Translations under genes and position numbers: made by a program
Notes under the pieces: model-generated
What the model was told of the DNA's origin: nothing
Databases searched by the model: none
Seen by the model: only the letters and a program-made list of their open reading frames with translations
Shown here: positions 9,641 to 19,520 of the stretch, piece by piece
Layout: each line of letters begins with the position of its first letter
How positions within the stretch are numbered: the first letter of the stretch is position 1
IMG/VR virus record: IMGVR_UViG_3300039346_000011
Reading direction: 5' to 3' (one strand)
DNA from: a virus
Taxonomy: Duplodnaviria; Heunggongvirae; Uroviricota; Caudoviricetes
DNA: 27,612 bases

Positions 9641-10197
9641 AACTGACGCCTGTTATTGCTGCGCTGCGTGCCCGCTGCCCGTATTTTGAAAACCGGGTGG
9701 CAGGCGCGGCACAGTTCAAAAATCTGCCGGAGGTCGGAAAGCTGAGACTCCCGGCGGCATATGTGGTACCGGGTGATGACTCTCCGGGAGAAAACAAAAG
9801 CCAGACCGACTACTGGCAGGAGCTGAAAGAGGGCTTCTCCGTGGTTGTCATACTGAGTAACGGACGTGATGAGCGCGGTCAGTTTGCCTCGTATGATGTG
9901 GTGGACGATGTCCGGCAGATGCTCTTTAAGGCCCTGCTGGGCTGGAACCCGGAAGCGTGCGGTAACCCGATTACCTATGACGGCGGCACGCTGCTGGATC
10001 TGAATCGTCATGAGCTGATTTATCAGTTCGATTTTTCGGTCATCAGAGAGCTGACCGAAGACGATACCCGCCAGCAGGATGACCTGAACAGTCTGGATGA
10101 ACTGCGAACGCTGGCGATTGATGTTGATTATCTCGATCCCGGTAACGGGTCTGACGGCGATATCGAACATCACACCGAAATACCCCTTCCTTCCTGA
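9637..10197 (+). CDS. Putative tail completion / tail terminator protein (Mu-like tail module)
   Basis: 186 aa, ATGA-coupled to the previous gene, immediately upstream of the sheath gene. Confidence 0.5.
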   Translation: MKLTPVIAALRARCPYFENRVAGAAQFKNLPEVGKLRLPAAYVVPGDDSPGENKSQTDYWQELKEGFSVVVILSNGRDERGQFASYDVVDDVRQMLFKALLGWNPEACGNPITYDGGTLLDLNRHELIYQFDFSVIRELTEDDTRQQDDLNSLDELRTLAIDVDYLDPGNGSDGDIEHHTEIPLPS

Positions 10198-10205
10198 GGA
10201 TCATC

Positions 10206-10376
10206 ATGTTTGTGAAACCTGTTAAAGGGCGGTCAGTGCCTGACCCTGCCCGCGGCGACCTTTTGCCCGCCGAAGGGCGAAATGTTGATGAGAACAACTA
10301 CTGGCTGCGCCGTGAAGCAGCGGGTGATATCCGGCGCGTGAATAAAAAGGTGAACACCGATGACGATAAGCTTTAA
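10206..10376 (+). CDS. Small hypothetical protein preceding the sheath gene
   Basis: 56 codons not in the track (below cut-off): ATG at 10206 with GAGGA 5 nt upstream; overlaps the sheath start by 17 nt. Confidence 0.35.
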   Translation: MFVKPVKGRSVPDPARGDLLPAEGRNVDENNYWLRREAAGDIRRVNKKVNTDDDKL

Positions 10377-11856
10377 CACCATTCCGTCGAATACGCTGGT
10401 TCCGCTGTTTTATGCGGAAATGGATAACCAGGCTGCGAATACTGCACAGGACAGCGGAGCATCGCTGCTGATTGGTCATGCCAATAACGGTGCAGAGATT
10501 GTTGCCAACAGTCTGGTACTGATGCCGTCGGCAGACTATGCACGCCAGATTTGTGGTGCGGGAAGTCAGCTGGCGCGTATGGTCGAGGCTTATCGCCAGA
10601 CTGACCCGTTTGGCGAGCTGTATGTGATTGCCGTTCCTGAATCCACAGGCGCGGCGGCAACGGTTACGCTGACGGTGACCGGGGCGGCAACCGAAACCGG
10701 CACGGTGAATGTGTATGTGGGACGTACCCGCGTGCAGGTACCGGTGACTAACGGCGATAACGTTACGATGATTGCCAGCAGTATCCAGGATGCCATCAAT
10801 GCCGTTCCGACCCTGCCGTTTACGGCTTCATCTTCGGCAGGCGTGGTCACACTGACCGCGCGTCATAAGGGGCTTTGCGGGAATGAAATTCCTGTCAGCC
10901 TCAATTACTACGGCTTTGGTGGGGGCGAAGTGCTGCCAGCGGGCGTACAGATTGCCGTGGTGACGGGTACCGCCGGAACGGGTGCTCCGGTTCTCACCGG
11001 CGCTGTGGCTGCAATGGCGGATGAGCCGTTTGATTATATCGGCCTGCCGTTCAACGACACGGCCTCCGTTAACACGCTGGTGACCGAGATGAACGATACC
11101 AGCGGTCGCTGGAGCTATGCGCGTCAGCTGTATGGTCATGTGTATACGGCAAAGACCGGCACGCTGTCAGAACTGGTGACCGCAGGTGACCAGTTTAACC
11201 AGCAGCACATTACCCTGGCGGGGTACGAAAAAGACACCCAGACGCCTGCCGACGAGCTGGCGGCAAGCCGTACCGCCCGCGCAGCGGTGTTTATCCGCAA
11301 CGATCCGGCACGTCCCACGCAGACCGGTGAGCTGGTGGGTATGCTGCCTGCGCCGAAGGGGAAACGGTTCACGATGACCGAACAAAAGACCCTGCTGTCT
11401 CATGGCGTGGCAACGGCGTATGTCGAAAGCGGGGTACTGCGCATTCAGCGTGATGTCACCACGTACAGGAAAAACGCTTACGGGGTTGCGGATAACAGCT
11501 ACCTCGACAGCGAGACGCTGCATACCAGTGCGTATGTACTGCGCAAACTGAAATCCGTCATTACCAGTAAGTACGGGCGTCACAAGCTTGCCAGCGACGG
11601 TACCCGCTTTGGTCCCGGTCAGGCGATTGTCACCCCGGCGGTGATCAAAGGGGAACTGCTGGCAACCTACCGTCAGCTTGAGCGTGCGGGGATCGTGGAA
11701 AACTACGAACTTTTTAAGCAGTACCTGGTTGTGGAGCGTGATGCCAGCGATCCGAACCGCCTGAACACGCTGTTCCCGCCTGACTATGTTAACCAGTTGC
11801 GTGTCTTTGCCGTGGTTAACCAGTTCCGTCTTCAGTATTCAGAGGAGTCCGCATAA
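10360..11856 (+). CDS. Tail sheath protein (Mu gpL-like)
   Basis: 498 aa (Mu L is about 495 aa); followed by tube, chaperone and tape-measure genes in canonical order. Confidence 0.85.
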   Translation: MTISFNTIPSNTLVPLFYAEMDNQAANTAQDSGASLLIGHANNGAEIVANSLVLMPSADYARQICGAGSQLARMVEAYRQTDPFGELYVIAVPESTGAAATVTLTVTGAATETGTVNVYVGRTRVQVPVTNGDNVTMIASSIQDAINAVPTLPFTASSSAGVVTLTARHKGLCGNEIPVSLNYYGFGGGEVLPAGVQIAVVTGTAGTGAPVLTGAVAAMADEPFDYIGLPFNDTASVNTLVTEMNDTSGRWSYARQLYGHVYTAKTGTLSELVTAGDQFNQQHITLAGYEKDTQTPADELAASRTARAAVFIRNDPARPTQTGELVGMLPAPKGKRFTMTEQKTLLSHGVATAYVESGVLRIQRDVTTYRKNAYGVADNSYLDSETLHTSAYVLRKLKSVITSKYGRHKLASDGTRFGPGQAIVTPAVIKGELLATYRQLERAGIVENYELFKQYLVVERDASDPNRLNTLFPPDYVNQLRVFAVVNQFRLQYSEESA

Positions 11857-12212
11857 TGGCCCGTATCGGGGGAACCTGTTATTTCAAAATTGACGGTCAG
11901 CAGCTATCGCTGACCGGCGGCATTGAGGTGCCCATGAACAGGACGGTCAATGATGACATCATCGGCCTGGACGGTTCAGTGGACCGCAAGGAAACTCACC
12001 GTGCGCCTTATGTTAAAGGGACCTTCAAGGTGCCGAAGAATTTTCCGGTGAGCAAAATCACCTCGTCTGATGAGATGACCATCACTGCCGAGCTGGCGAA
12101 CGGTCAGGTCTATGTACTGTCGTCTGCCTGGCTGCACGGCGAAGCGAACCATAATGCCGAAGAAGGGACGGTTGATCTTGAGTTCCACGGTGAAGAAGGG
12201 GATTACCAGTAA
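11856..12212 (+). CDS. Tail tube protein (Mu gpM-like)
   Basis: 118 aa; TAATG overlap with the sheath stop. Confidence 0.8.
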   Translation: MARIGGTCYFKIDGQQLSLTGGIEVPMNRTVNDDIIGLDGSVDRKETHRAPYVKGTFKVPKNFPVSKITSSDEMTITAELANGQVYVLSSAWLHGEANHNAEEGTVDLEFHGEEGDYQ

Positions 12213-12481
12213 TGAAAGAGCTTGAGTTAAAGAAACCGATTACCGCTCATGGCGAGACACTCTCCGTACTGGAGTTTGATGAGCCCACCGGGAAAGATGT
12301 CCGCGAGCTGGGGTATCCCTACCAGATGAATCAGGATGAGTCCGTCAGACTTCTGGCGCATGTGGTATCGAAATACATTGTGCGGCTGGCGAAAGTGCCG
12401 CAAAACTCTGTCGACCAGATGTCTCCGGCAGACCTGAATGCTGCGGCGTGGCTTGTGGCTGGTTTTTTCCTCCAGGCCTGA
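12212..12481 (+). CDS. Tail assembly chaperone, zero-frame product
   Basis: 89 aa between tube and tape-measure genes; contains the slippery site near its 3' end. Confidence 0.7.
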   Translation: MKELELKKPITAHGETLSVLEFDEPTGKDVRELGYPYQMNQDESVRLLAHVVSKYIVRLAKVPQNSVDQMSPADLNAAAWLVAGFFLQA

Positions 12482-12630
12482 CGGCTGAATACCTCACTGA
12501 TCGCTTCTTTGACTGCGCCAGCTACTGGCGCATTAATCCCTTCGAATTGCTGAATATGCCGATCAGTGAAATTCCCTTGCTGGTCAGTCAGGCAAACAGG
12601 ATAGAGCAGGAGAAACGCACACATGGCTGA
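12212..12630 (+). CDS. Tail assembly chaperone, predicted -1 frameshift fusion product (about 139 aa)
   Basis: Track ORFs 12212..12481 and 12448..12630 overlap in frames related by -1; the -1 ORF has no SD-preceded start and ends overlapping the tape-measure start, as in lambda G/GT. Confidence 0.6.
12463..12469 (+). promoter_or_regulatory. Slippery heptamer T_TTT_TTC for programmed -1 ribosomal frameshift
   Basis: Zero-frame codons GGT TTT TTC give X_XXY_YYZ = T TTT TTC; after the slip the reading continues CCT CCA GGC (PPGLTAEY...), matching the downstream ORF. Confidence 0.6.
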
Positions 12631-14458
12631 ATTTGAGCTTAAGGCGTTGATCACCGGTGTCGACAGGCTTTCTCCCGCGCTGTCGAAAATGCAAAAGAAA
12701 ATCCGGGGATTTAAACGCCAGGCGGAAGAAGCGTCACAGGGTGGGCTGGCGCTTGGTGGCGGACTGGCTGCGGGTCTGACGCTTTCCCTGAAATCTTATG
12801 CCGATCAGGAAAACGCCGCCACCGGGCTGAAAGTTGCCATGATGGATGCGAACGGTGAGGTCGGAAAGCGCTTTCAGGACATCAATAAACTGGCTATTGG
12901 TCTGGGTAACCAGCTACCCGGTACAACGGCTGATTTCCAGAACATGATGCAGATGCTGGTGCGTCAGGGGATCCCGGCAGAAAACATTCTTGGCGGTGTG
13001 GGTAAAGCGACAGCTTATCTTGCGGTACAACTGAAAAAAACACCGGAAGCGGCTGCCGAGTTTGCCGCAAAGATGCAGGATGCTACCGGAACGGCGTCAG
13101 AAGACATGATGGGGCTGTTCGACACTATCCAGAAGGCGTTTTATCTGGGCGTTGACGATACCAACATGTTGTCCTTCTTCACTAAAACCAGCTCTGTTCT
13201 GAAGATGGTGAACAAGGACGGTCTTCAGGCTGCACAGAGCCTTGCCCCCATCAGCGTCATGATGGATCAGATGGGGATGAACGGGGAGTCGGCAGGTAAC
13301 GCCCTGCGAAAAGTTATCCAGTCCGGATTAAGCGTTAAGAAAATCAGGGACGTCAATAAAGTCATGGCCCGCCAGAAACTCGGGGTACAGCTCGATTTTA
13401 CTGACGGCAAAGGGAGTTTTGGCGGTCTTGATAACATGTTCAGGCAACTGGCAAAGCTGCGAAAACTGACCGACGTTAAGCGAACTGGTGTACTTAAGGC
13501 AATATTTGGTGATGATGCCGAAACCCTTCAGGTGGTCAATGCACTAATCGATAAAGGAAAGGATGGCTACGACCAGATCCAGCAGAAGATGAATAAACAG
13601 GCCAGTCTGAATAAACGTGTTCAGGCACAGCTTGGTACGCTGTCCAACCTGTGGGAGGCAATGACAGGGACCGCAACTAACGGCCTTGCGGCTATTGGCG
13701 GCGCATTTTCTGGTGACGCTAAAAATATCACGCAATGGCTGGGGGAGTTGGGGGAGAAATTCACGAAGTTTGCGGATGAAAATCCCCGGGTTATTCGCGG
13801 CGTCGTCGGGCTTGCTGCCGGTCTTGCGATTCTGAAACTGGGATTGATGGGCGTTGGCGGTGCCATCAGTATTGTCAGCAGGATCATGTCGATGACGCCG
13901 ATTGGCATGATTGCGACGGCGATAGCCCTGGCTGCGGGATTAATTATCACTAACTGGGATGTTGTCGGACCTTATTTCAAGAAGCTCTGGGAAACCATTG
14001 GTCCTTATTTTGAGGCTGGCCGGGAACTTCTGAAGAAGGTTTTTGCCTGGTCGCCGCTGGGGATGGTAATCAATAACTGGGGACCGGTTGTTAAGTGGTT
14101 TCAGGATATGTGGGACAAGCTGAAGCCAATTATTGAGTGGTTTACCGACAGTTCCGGTGACACGGTCGATGCCATTAACTCTGCGCAGTGGGGCGCGGGT
14201 GCTTATGATGCTTATGGGACGGGAATACCGGCACGGGGATACACACCTTATCAGGCGGTGGATCCGGCTCAGTCAAACAACGCCTCCGGTGCCACAGGCC
14301 CGAATCCCTTCATGATTAACAAAGCTTCTGCGCCAAAAGTTGATGGTGAGATCAAGGTCTCTTTTGTGAATTCACCTCCGGGTATGCGGGTTATGGAAAC
14401 GCGATCCAGCGGTTTTGATGTCAGCCATGATGTTGGCTATACGCGCTTTGGCAGGTAA
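12623..14458 (+). CDS. Tail tape measure protein
   Basis: 611 aa, Ala/Gly-rich with central hydrophobic segments; immediately after the frameshifted chaperone. Confidence 0.85.
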   Translation: MAEFELKALITGVDRLSPALSKMQKKIRGFKRQAEEASQGGLALGGGLAAGLTLSLKSYADQENAATGLKVAMMDANGEVGKRFQDINKLAIGLGNQLPGTTADFQNMMQMLVRQGIPAENILGGVGKATAYLAVQLKKTPEAAAEFAAKMQDATGTASEDMMGLFDTIQKAFYLGVDDTNMLSFFTKTSSVLKMVNKDGLQAAQSLAPISVMMDQMGMNGESAGNALRKVIQSGLSVKKIRDVNKVMARQKLGVQLDFTDGKGSFGGLDNMFRQLAKLRKLTDVKRTGVLKAIFGDDAETLQVVNALIDKGKDGYDQIQQKMNKQASLNKRVQAQLGTLSNLWEAMTGTATNGLAAIGGAFSGDAKNITQWLGELGEKFTKFADENPRVIRGVVGLAAGLAILKLGLMGVGGAISIVSRIMSMTPIGMIATAIALAAGLIITNWDVVGPYFKKLWETIGPYFEAGRELLKKVFAWSPLGMVINNWGPVVKWFQDMWDKLKPIIEWFTDSSGDTVDAINSAQWGAGAYDAYGTGIPARGYTPYQAVDPAQSNNASGATGPNPFMINKASAPKVDGEIKVSFVNSPPGMRVMETRSSGFDVSHDVGYTRFGR

Positions 14459-14481
14459 TGAAAAATTAATCTGTTAATGAG

Positions 14482-14503
14482 TCCCACTCCGGTGGGATTT
14501 TTT
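14482..14503 (+). terminator. Hairpin plus T-run between tape-measure and DNA-circulation genes (possible attenuator)
   Basis: TCCCAC-TCCG-GTGGGA followed by TTTTTT. The upstream part of track ORF 14477..15442 reads through this, which argues for the later ATG at 14519. Confidence 0.45.
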
Positions 14504-14518
14504 ATGTACGGAGTTTAT

Positions 14519-15847
14519 ATGACGTGGAAAGACAGACTTCAGGACGCGTCATTTCGCGGTGTGCCGTTTAAGGTTGAAGAAGAAAGTGCGGGAACCGGTC
14601 GTCGTGTGGAAACGCACGAATACCCGAACCGCGACAAACCCTATACCGAAGACCTGGGGAAAATCACTTTCCGCCCGTCCATCACAGCTTATGTGGTGGG
14701 AGATGACTGCTTTGACCAGCGCGATCGCCTGATTGACGCGCTGAATAAACCCGGTCCCGGCACGCTTGTCCATCCGACTTACGGTGAGCTGAAAGTCTGT
14801 GTTGACGGGGAAGTTCGGGTCAGCACATCGAAGAGTGAAGGGCGTATTGTCCGCTTTGACCTGAAGTTTGTCGAAGCGGGAGAACTCTCTTACCCCACTT
14901 CAGGTGCGGCGACGGCGCAGACGCTGATGTCATCCTGTTCTGCACTGGATGACTGCATCAGTGACAGCTTCAGTGGTTTCAGTATCGATGGCGTGGCAGA
15001 TTTTGTGCAGAACGACGTCGTCGGTAATGCCAGCACAATGCTTGGGTATGTTTCTGATGCGATGAAAGTGGTGGATTCTGCCGTATCGGATGCCGCCAGG
15101 CTGTTGCAGGGGGATATCTCGGTACTTCTGCCGCCGCCATCGTCAGGCAAAAATTTCGTTGAGCAGGTGCAGAAAATGTGGCGTACCGGGAAACGCCTTT
15201 ATGGTAACGCCAGCGACCTGGTCACCATGATCAAAACGCTTTCCGGTGTCAGCCTCGGCAGCGATCTGCAACCGCGCGGCGTCTGGAAAACGGACAGTAA
15301 AACCACCGCCACGGCGACGCAGCAGCGTAACGTGGTTGCCAGCACCCTTCGTACGACCGCAATCAGCGAAGCGGCGTATGCCGTCACACGATTGCCTGCG
15401 CCCACAACTTCCGCGGTGATGCAGAATGCCACAGTGGGGTAGTCAACAACACCCGCGCAGAGCACCGGCTGGCCTTCTGTCACGCATCCGGCACTGAACA
15501 ATGCACCGGCGGTGAAAAACACGGTTGACCTGCCAACGTGGGAAGAACTGACCGACATTCGCGACACACTGAATACGGCAATTGATAAGGAGTTGTCCCG
15601 TACAACCAGTGATGTGCTGTTTCTGGCGCTGCGCCGGGTGAAAGCAGATCTGAATGCGGATATCAACACGCGCCTTGAACAGTCTGCACGGATCATTCAG
15701 CGCACACCGGATGAGGTTTTACCCGCGCTGGTGCTGGCGGCGACCTGGTTTGATAACGCGGCGCGTGACGCGGACATTATCCGGCGTAATGCCATTACGC
15801 ATCCCGGCTTTGTGCCGGTGATCCCTCTGAAGGTGCCAGTGCAATGA
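14519..15847 (+). pseudogene. DNA circulation protein (Mu gpN-like) interrupted by an in-frame TAG at 15440-15442
   Basis: Track ORFs 14477..15442 and 15512..15847 share one frame; the 69 nt between them have no stop; the downstream part has only a GTG with no SD yet is ATGA-coupled to the next gene. Start taken at 14519 (GGAG SD). Confidence 0.55.
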
Positions 15848-16923
15848 ACGATAACGTCACGCTACGGGTAAATGGCCGGGAGTGGAATGGCTGGACATCG
15901 GTGCGCATCGGTGCCGGTATTGAACGGCTGGCGCGGGATTTCAGTGTGGAGATCACCCGCCAGTGGCCGGGTGATGAGGGTATCACCACGCTTCAGCCGC
16001 GCATTAAAAACGGTTCAAAAGTGGAGGTGCTGATTGGTGATGAGCTGGTGATCACCGGCTGGGTGGAGGCGACGCCCGTTCGTTACGATGCCCGTTCGGT
16101 CAGCACCGGTATTGCCGGACGCAGTCTGACCGCTGACCTGATTGACTGTGCAGCCGAACCGACACAGTTTAACGGACGATCGCTGGTACAGATTGCGCAG
16201 GCGCTTGCTGCGCCTTTCGGCATTGAGGTGGTGAACAACGGTGCGCCGTCGGGTGTTATTCCTGACGTCCAGCCCGATCACGGTGAAACGGTGATTGAGG
16301 TAATCAACAAAATACTCGGTCAGCAGCAGGCACTGGCTTACGACGACCCACACGGCAGGCTGGTGATTGGCGGTATTGGCTCAACGCGGGCACATACTGC
16401 GCTGGTACTCGGGGAAAACATCCTTTCCTGCGATACGGAGAAGAGTATCCGGGAGCGGTTTTCTGTTTACCAGGTGGCGGGGCAGCGTGCTGGAAACGAC
16501 GATGATTTCGGTGAGGCCACCACCAGCGCGCTGCGGGCCCGCACAGAGGACGCATTTATTGCCCGTTACCGTCCGATGTATATCAGGCAGACAGGGCAGG
16601 CTACGGGGGCAGGCTGTATTGCGCGTGCTGACTTTGAAGCCCGACAACGGGCGGCGCGGACGGATGAAACCACCTATGTGGTGCAGGGCTGGCGACAGGG
16701 TAACGGTACGCTGTGGCAGCCCAACCAGCGGGTGATTGTCTTCGATCCGGTCTGTGGTTTCGACAATACCGAACTGCTTGTCTCGGAAGTCACGTTTACT
16801 CAGGACCAGAACGGCACCCTGACGGAAATCCGTGTCGGCCCACCTGATGCTTATCTGCCTGAACCCGAAGCCCCCGGCGCGCGGAAAAAGAAAAAAGCCA
16901 GAGTACAGGAGGACCCGTTCTGA
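15844..16923 (+). CDS. Baseplate hub / tail protein (Mu gpP-like)
   Basis: 359 aa; position after the DNA-circulation gene in Mu-like order; translationally coupled. Confidence 0.65.
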   Translation: MNDNVTLRVNGREWNGWTSVRIGAGIERLARDFSVEITRQWPGDEGITTLQPRIKNGSKVEVLIGDELVITGWVEATPVRYDARSVSTGIAGRSLTADLIDCAAEPTQFNGRSLVQIAQALAAPFGIEVVNNGAPSGVIPDVQPDHGETVIEVINKILGQQQALAYDDPHGRLVIGGIGSTRAHTALVLGENILSCDTEKSIRERFSVYQVAGQRAGNDDDFGEATTSALRARTEDAFIARYRPMYIRQTGQATGAGCIARADFEARQRAARTDETTYVVQGWRQGNGTLWQPNQRVIVFDPVCGFDNTELLVSEVTFTQDQNGTLTEIRVGPPDAYLPEPEAPGARKKKKARVQEDPF

Positions 16924-17471
16924 TGAGTACGATTGAAGCCATGCAGCGACAACTCCTCGGCCTGATTGGGCGGGCAGTGGTGAAAAGCATCAGTGCCGCC
17001 ACGAAATGTCAGACCGTGGATGTGTCCCTGATTGCCGGTGAACCCAAAGCCGGGGTTGAACATCTTGAACCCTACGGTTTTACCGCAAGGGCAAACAGCG
17101 GTGCGGAAGCGGTGGTGTTGTTTCCGGATGGTGACCGTTCTCATGCGGTGGTTGTTACGGTGTCGGACCGGCGCTACCGCCTGAAAGGGCTGCAGACGGG
17201 TGAGGTGGCGGTCTATGACGATCAGGGGCAGTCTGTGACGCTGACCCGGGAGGGGATCGTGGTGGACGGTGCAGGTAAAACGATCACGTTTCGCAATGCA
17301 CCTGAAGCACGTTTTGAAATGGACCTGGAAGTGACAGGACAGGTGAAAGACCTGTGCGACTCCAGCGGCACCACCATGTCAGCGATGCGGCTTGCCTATA
17401 ACGGGCATCGTCACAGAGAGAACGGTCAGGGCAGTAACACCGACAAACCTGATAAAGCGATGGAGGCATGA
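16923..17471 (+). CDS. Baseplate spike / assembly protein V-like (Mu gp45-like)
   Basis: 182 aa; ATGA coupling to flanking genes; position consistent. Confidence 0.6.
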   Translation: MSTIEAMQRQLLGLIGRAVVKSISAATKCQTVDVSLIAGEPKAGVEHLEPYGFTARANSGAEAVVLFPDGDRSHAVVVTVSDRRYRLKGLQTGEVAVYDDQGQSVTLTREGIVVDGAGKTITFRNAPEARFEMDLEVTGQVKDLCDSSGTTMSAMRLAYNGHRHRENGQGSNTDKPDKAMEA

Positions 17472-17897
17472 TGGAACTGTGGCTGACGGTGAACGGTAAA
17501 CGCACCTGCGCCAGCGCACCGCTGGATCCGCTGACCCGCGCCGTGGTGATTTCCCTGTTTACCTGGCGGCGGGCGGAGCCTGATGACAACGCCGACGTCC
17601 CGATGGGATGGTGGGGGGGATACCTGGCCTGCGGTACAGAATGACCGTTACGGCTCCCGACTGTGGCTGCTTCAGCGCAGCAAACTGACCAATCAGCTGG
17701 TGCAGACGGTAAGGGGGTATATCCGCGAATGCCTGCAATGGATGATTGATGACGGCGTGGTGTCCCGTATTGATCTGGATATCCTCCGCACCGGGATTAA
17801 TGAACTGGGTAACAGTATCACTCTCTGGCGTCGTGACGGACCGGTAATGATTTCTTTAGATGATCTGTGGAGTGCGATAACGCATGGCGGACAGTGA
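17468..17897 (+). pseudogene. gp46-like baseplate protein gene split by a frameshift at a G7 homopolymer
   Basis: ATG at 17468 overlaps the previous stop; that frame stops at 17642-17644. Track ORF 17583..17897 is in the +1 frame. One G fewer in the run at 17613-17619 would give a continuous ORF of about 142 aa. Confidence 0.55.
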
Positions 17898-18942
17898 ATT
17901 TCAGCGCCCGACGCTGGCAGAAAATATCAGTATGCTCCGTAACGATTTATTCGCCAGGCTGGACGTCAGCGACACGCTCCGGCGCATGGATGAAGACGTG
18001 CGGGCAAAGGTGTATGCGGCGGCGCTGCATACGGTTTACGGGTACATCGATTATCTGGCAATGAACATGCTGCCTGACCTGTGCGATGAGTCCTGGCTGG
18101 CGCGACATGCTGCGATGAAACGGTGTCCGCGCAAGGGGGCCACGACTGCCAGCGGGTATATGCGCTGGGAAGGCGTCAGCGATGGCCTGAAGGTGACCGC
18201 CGGGAGTGTTATTCAGCGCGATGACCTGATTCAGTACACGGCAACTGCCGATGCAACCAGCGCCGGTGGTGTCCTGCGCGTGCCGATCGCCTGCTCAAGT
18301 GCAGGCGCGGTCGGTAACGCTGACGACGGTACGTCATTAATCCTGGTCACGCCGGTTAATGGTCTGCCGTCTTCCGGCGTGGCAGACACTCTGACAGGTG
18401 GATTTGATACTGAAGAGCTGGAAACGTGGCGCGCCCGCGTCATTGAGCGGTATTACTGGACGCCTCAGGGCGGGGCTGACGGGGACTATGTTGTCTGGGC
18501 TAAAGAATTGCCCGGCATTACCCGCGCATGGGCATACCGTCACTGGATGGGAACGGGGACTGTCGGTGTGATGATTGCCAGCAGTGACCTGATTAATCCC
18601 ATTCCGGAAGAATCAACGGAAACGGCGGCAAGACAACATATCGGGCCACTGGCCCCGGTGGCAGGCTCTGATTTGTATGTGTTCAGGCCGGTGGCGCATA
18701 CGGTGGATTTTCATATCCGTGTGACGCCGGATACACCGGAAATACGGGCTGCCATCACCGCGGAGTTGCGTTCGTTCCTGCTGCGTGATGGTTATCCGCA
18801 GGGAGAACTGAAGGTGTCGCGTATCAGTGAAGCGATTTCCGGTGCGAACGGGGAATACAGCCATCAATTGCTTGCACCGGCGGAAAATATCTCCATTGCA
18901 AAAAATGAACTGGCGGTTCTGGGGACGATTTCATGGGCGTGA
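17884..18942 (+). CDS. Baseplate J-like protein (Mu gp47-like)
   Basis: 352 aa; position and size typical of baseplate wedge J proteins in Mu-like tail modules. Confidence 0.75.
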   Translation: MADSEFQRPTLAENISMLRNDLFARLDVSDTLRRMDEDVRAKVYAAALHTVYGYIDYLAMNMLPDLCDESWLARHAAMKRCPRKGATTASGYMRWEGVSDGLKVTAGSVIQRDDLIQYTATADATSAGGVLRVPIACSSAGAVGNADDGTSLILVTPVNGLPSSGVADTLTGGFDTEELETWRARVIERYYWTPQGGADGDYVVWAKELPGITRAWAYRHWMGTGTVGVMIASSDLINPIPEESTETAARQHIGPLAPVAGSDLYVFRPVAHTVDFHIRVTPDTPEIRAAITAELRSFLLRDGYPQGELKVSRISEAISGANGEYSHQLLAPAENISIAKNELAVLGTISWA

Positions 18943-19517
18943 CAAACGATGATTACATCCGTCTGTTGTCGGCACTGCTGCCGCCCGGTCCGGCGTGGTC
19001 AGCCAGCGATCCGGCGATTGCCGGTGCGGCACAGTCATTAACCCGCGTTCATCAGCGTGCGGATGCCCTGATGCGGGAGCTGGATCCGCGCACCACCACC
19101 GAACTGATAAATCGCTGGGAGCGTCTGTGCGGCCTGCCGGATGAATGTATTCCCGCAGGAACACAGACCCTTCGCCAGCGTCAGCAACGACTGGATGCGA
19201 AGGTTAACCTGGCGGGCGGCATCAATGAGGATTTTTACCTTGCACAGCTTGCTGCCCTGGGCAGACCAGACGCCACCATCACGCGATACGACAAAAGCAC
19301 GTTCACCTGCTCATCGGCCTGTACTGACGCGGTGAATGCGCCGGAATGGCGGTATTACTGGCAGGTCAACATGCCAGCCGCCACCAACAGCACCTGGATG
19401 ACATGTGGCGATCCCTGTGATTCCGCGCTGCGTATCTGGGGCGACACCGTCGTCGAATGTGTGCTTAACAAACTCTGCCCTTCGCATACCTACGTAATTT
19501 TTAAATATCCGGAGTAA
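18933..19517 (+). CDS. Tail protein, Mu gp48-like (YmfQ/DUF2313-like)
   Basis: 194 aa; last baseplate gene before the tail-fibre gene; N-terminus ([18 protein letters not shown]) resembles this family as I recall it. Confidence 0.65.
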   Translation: MGVTNDDYIRLLSALLPPGPAWSASDPAIAGAAQSLTRVHQRADALMRELDPRTTTELINRWERLCGLPDECIPAGTQTLRQRQQRLDAKVNLAGGINEDFYLAQLAALGRPDATITRYDKSTFTCSSACTDAVNAPEWRYYWQVNMPAATNSTWMTCGDPCDSALRIWGDTVVECVLNKLCPSHTYVIFKYPE

Positions 19518-19520
19518 TCC

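Noticed and set aside
8339-10173. Series of minus-strand ORFs (8339..8779, 8656..9123, 8996..9493, 9583..10173) across the head-tail joining genes
   Set aside because: All antisense to a continuous, translationally coupled plus-strand operon.
14477-14518. Upstream extension of the DNA-circulation ORF (track start 14477)
   Set aside because: It would translate through the terminator-like hairpin at 14482-14503 and lacks an SD; the ATG at 14519 has a GGAG SD.
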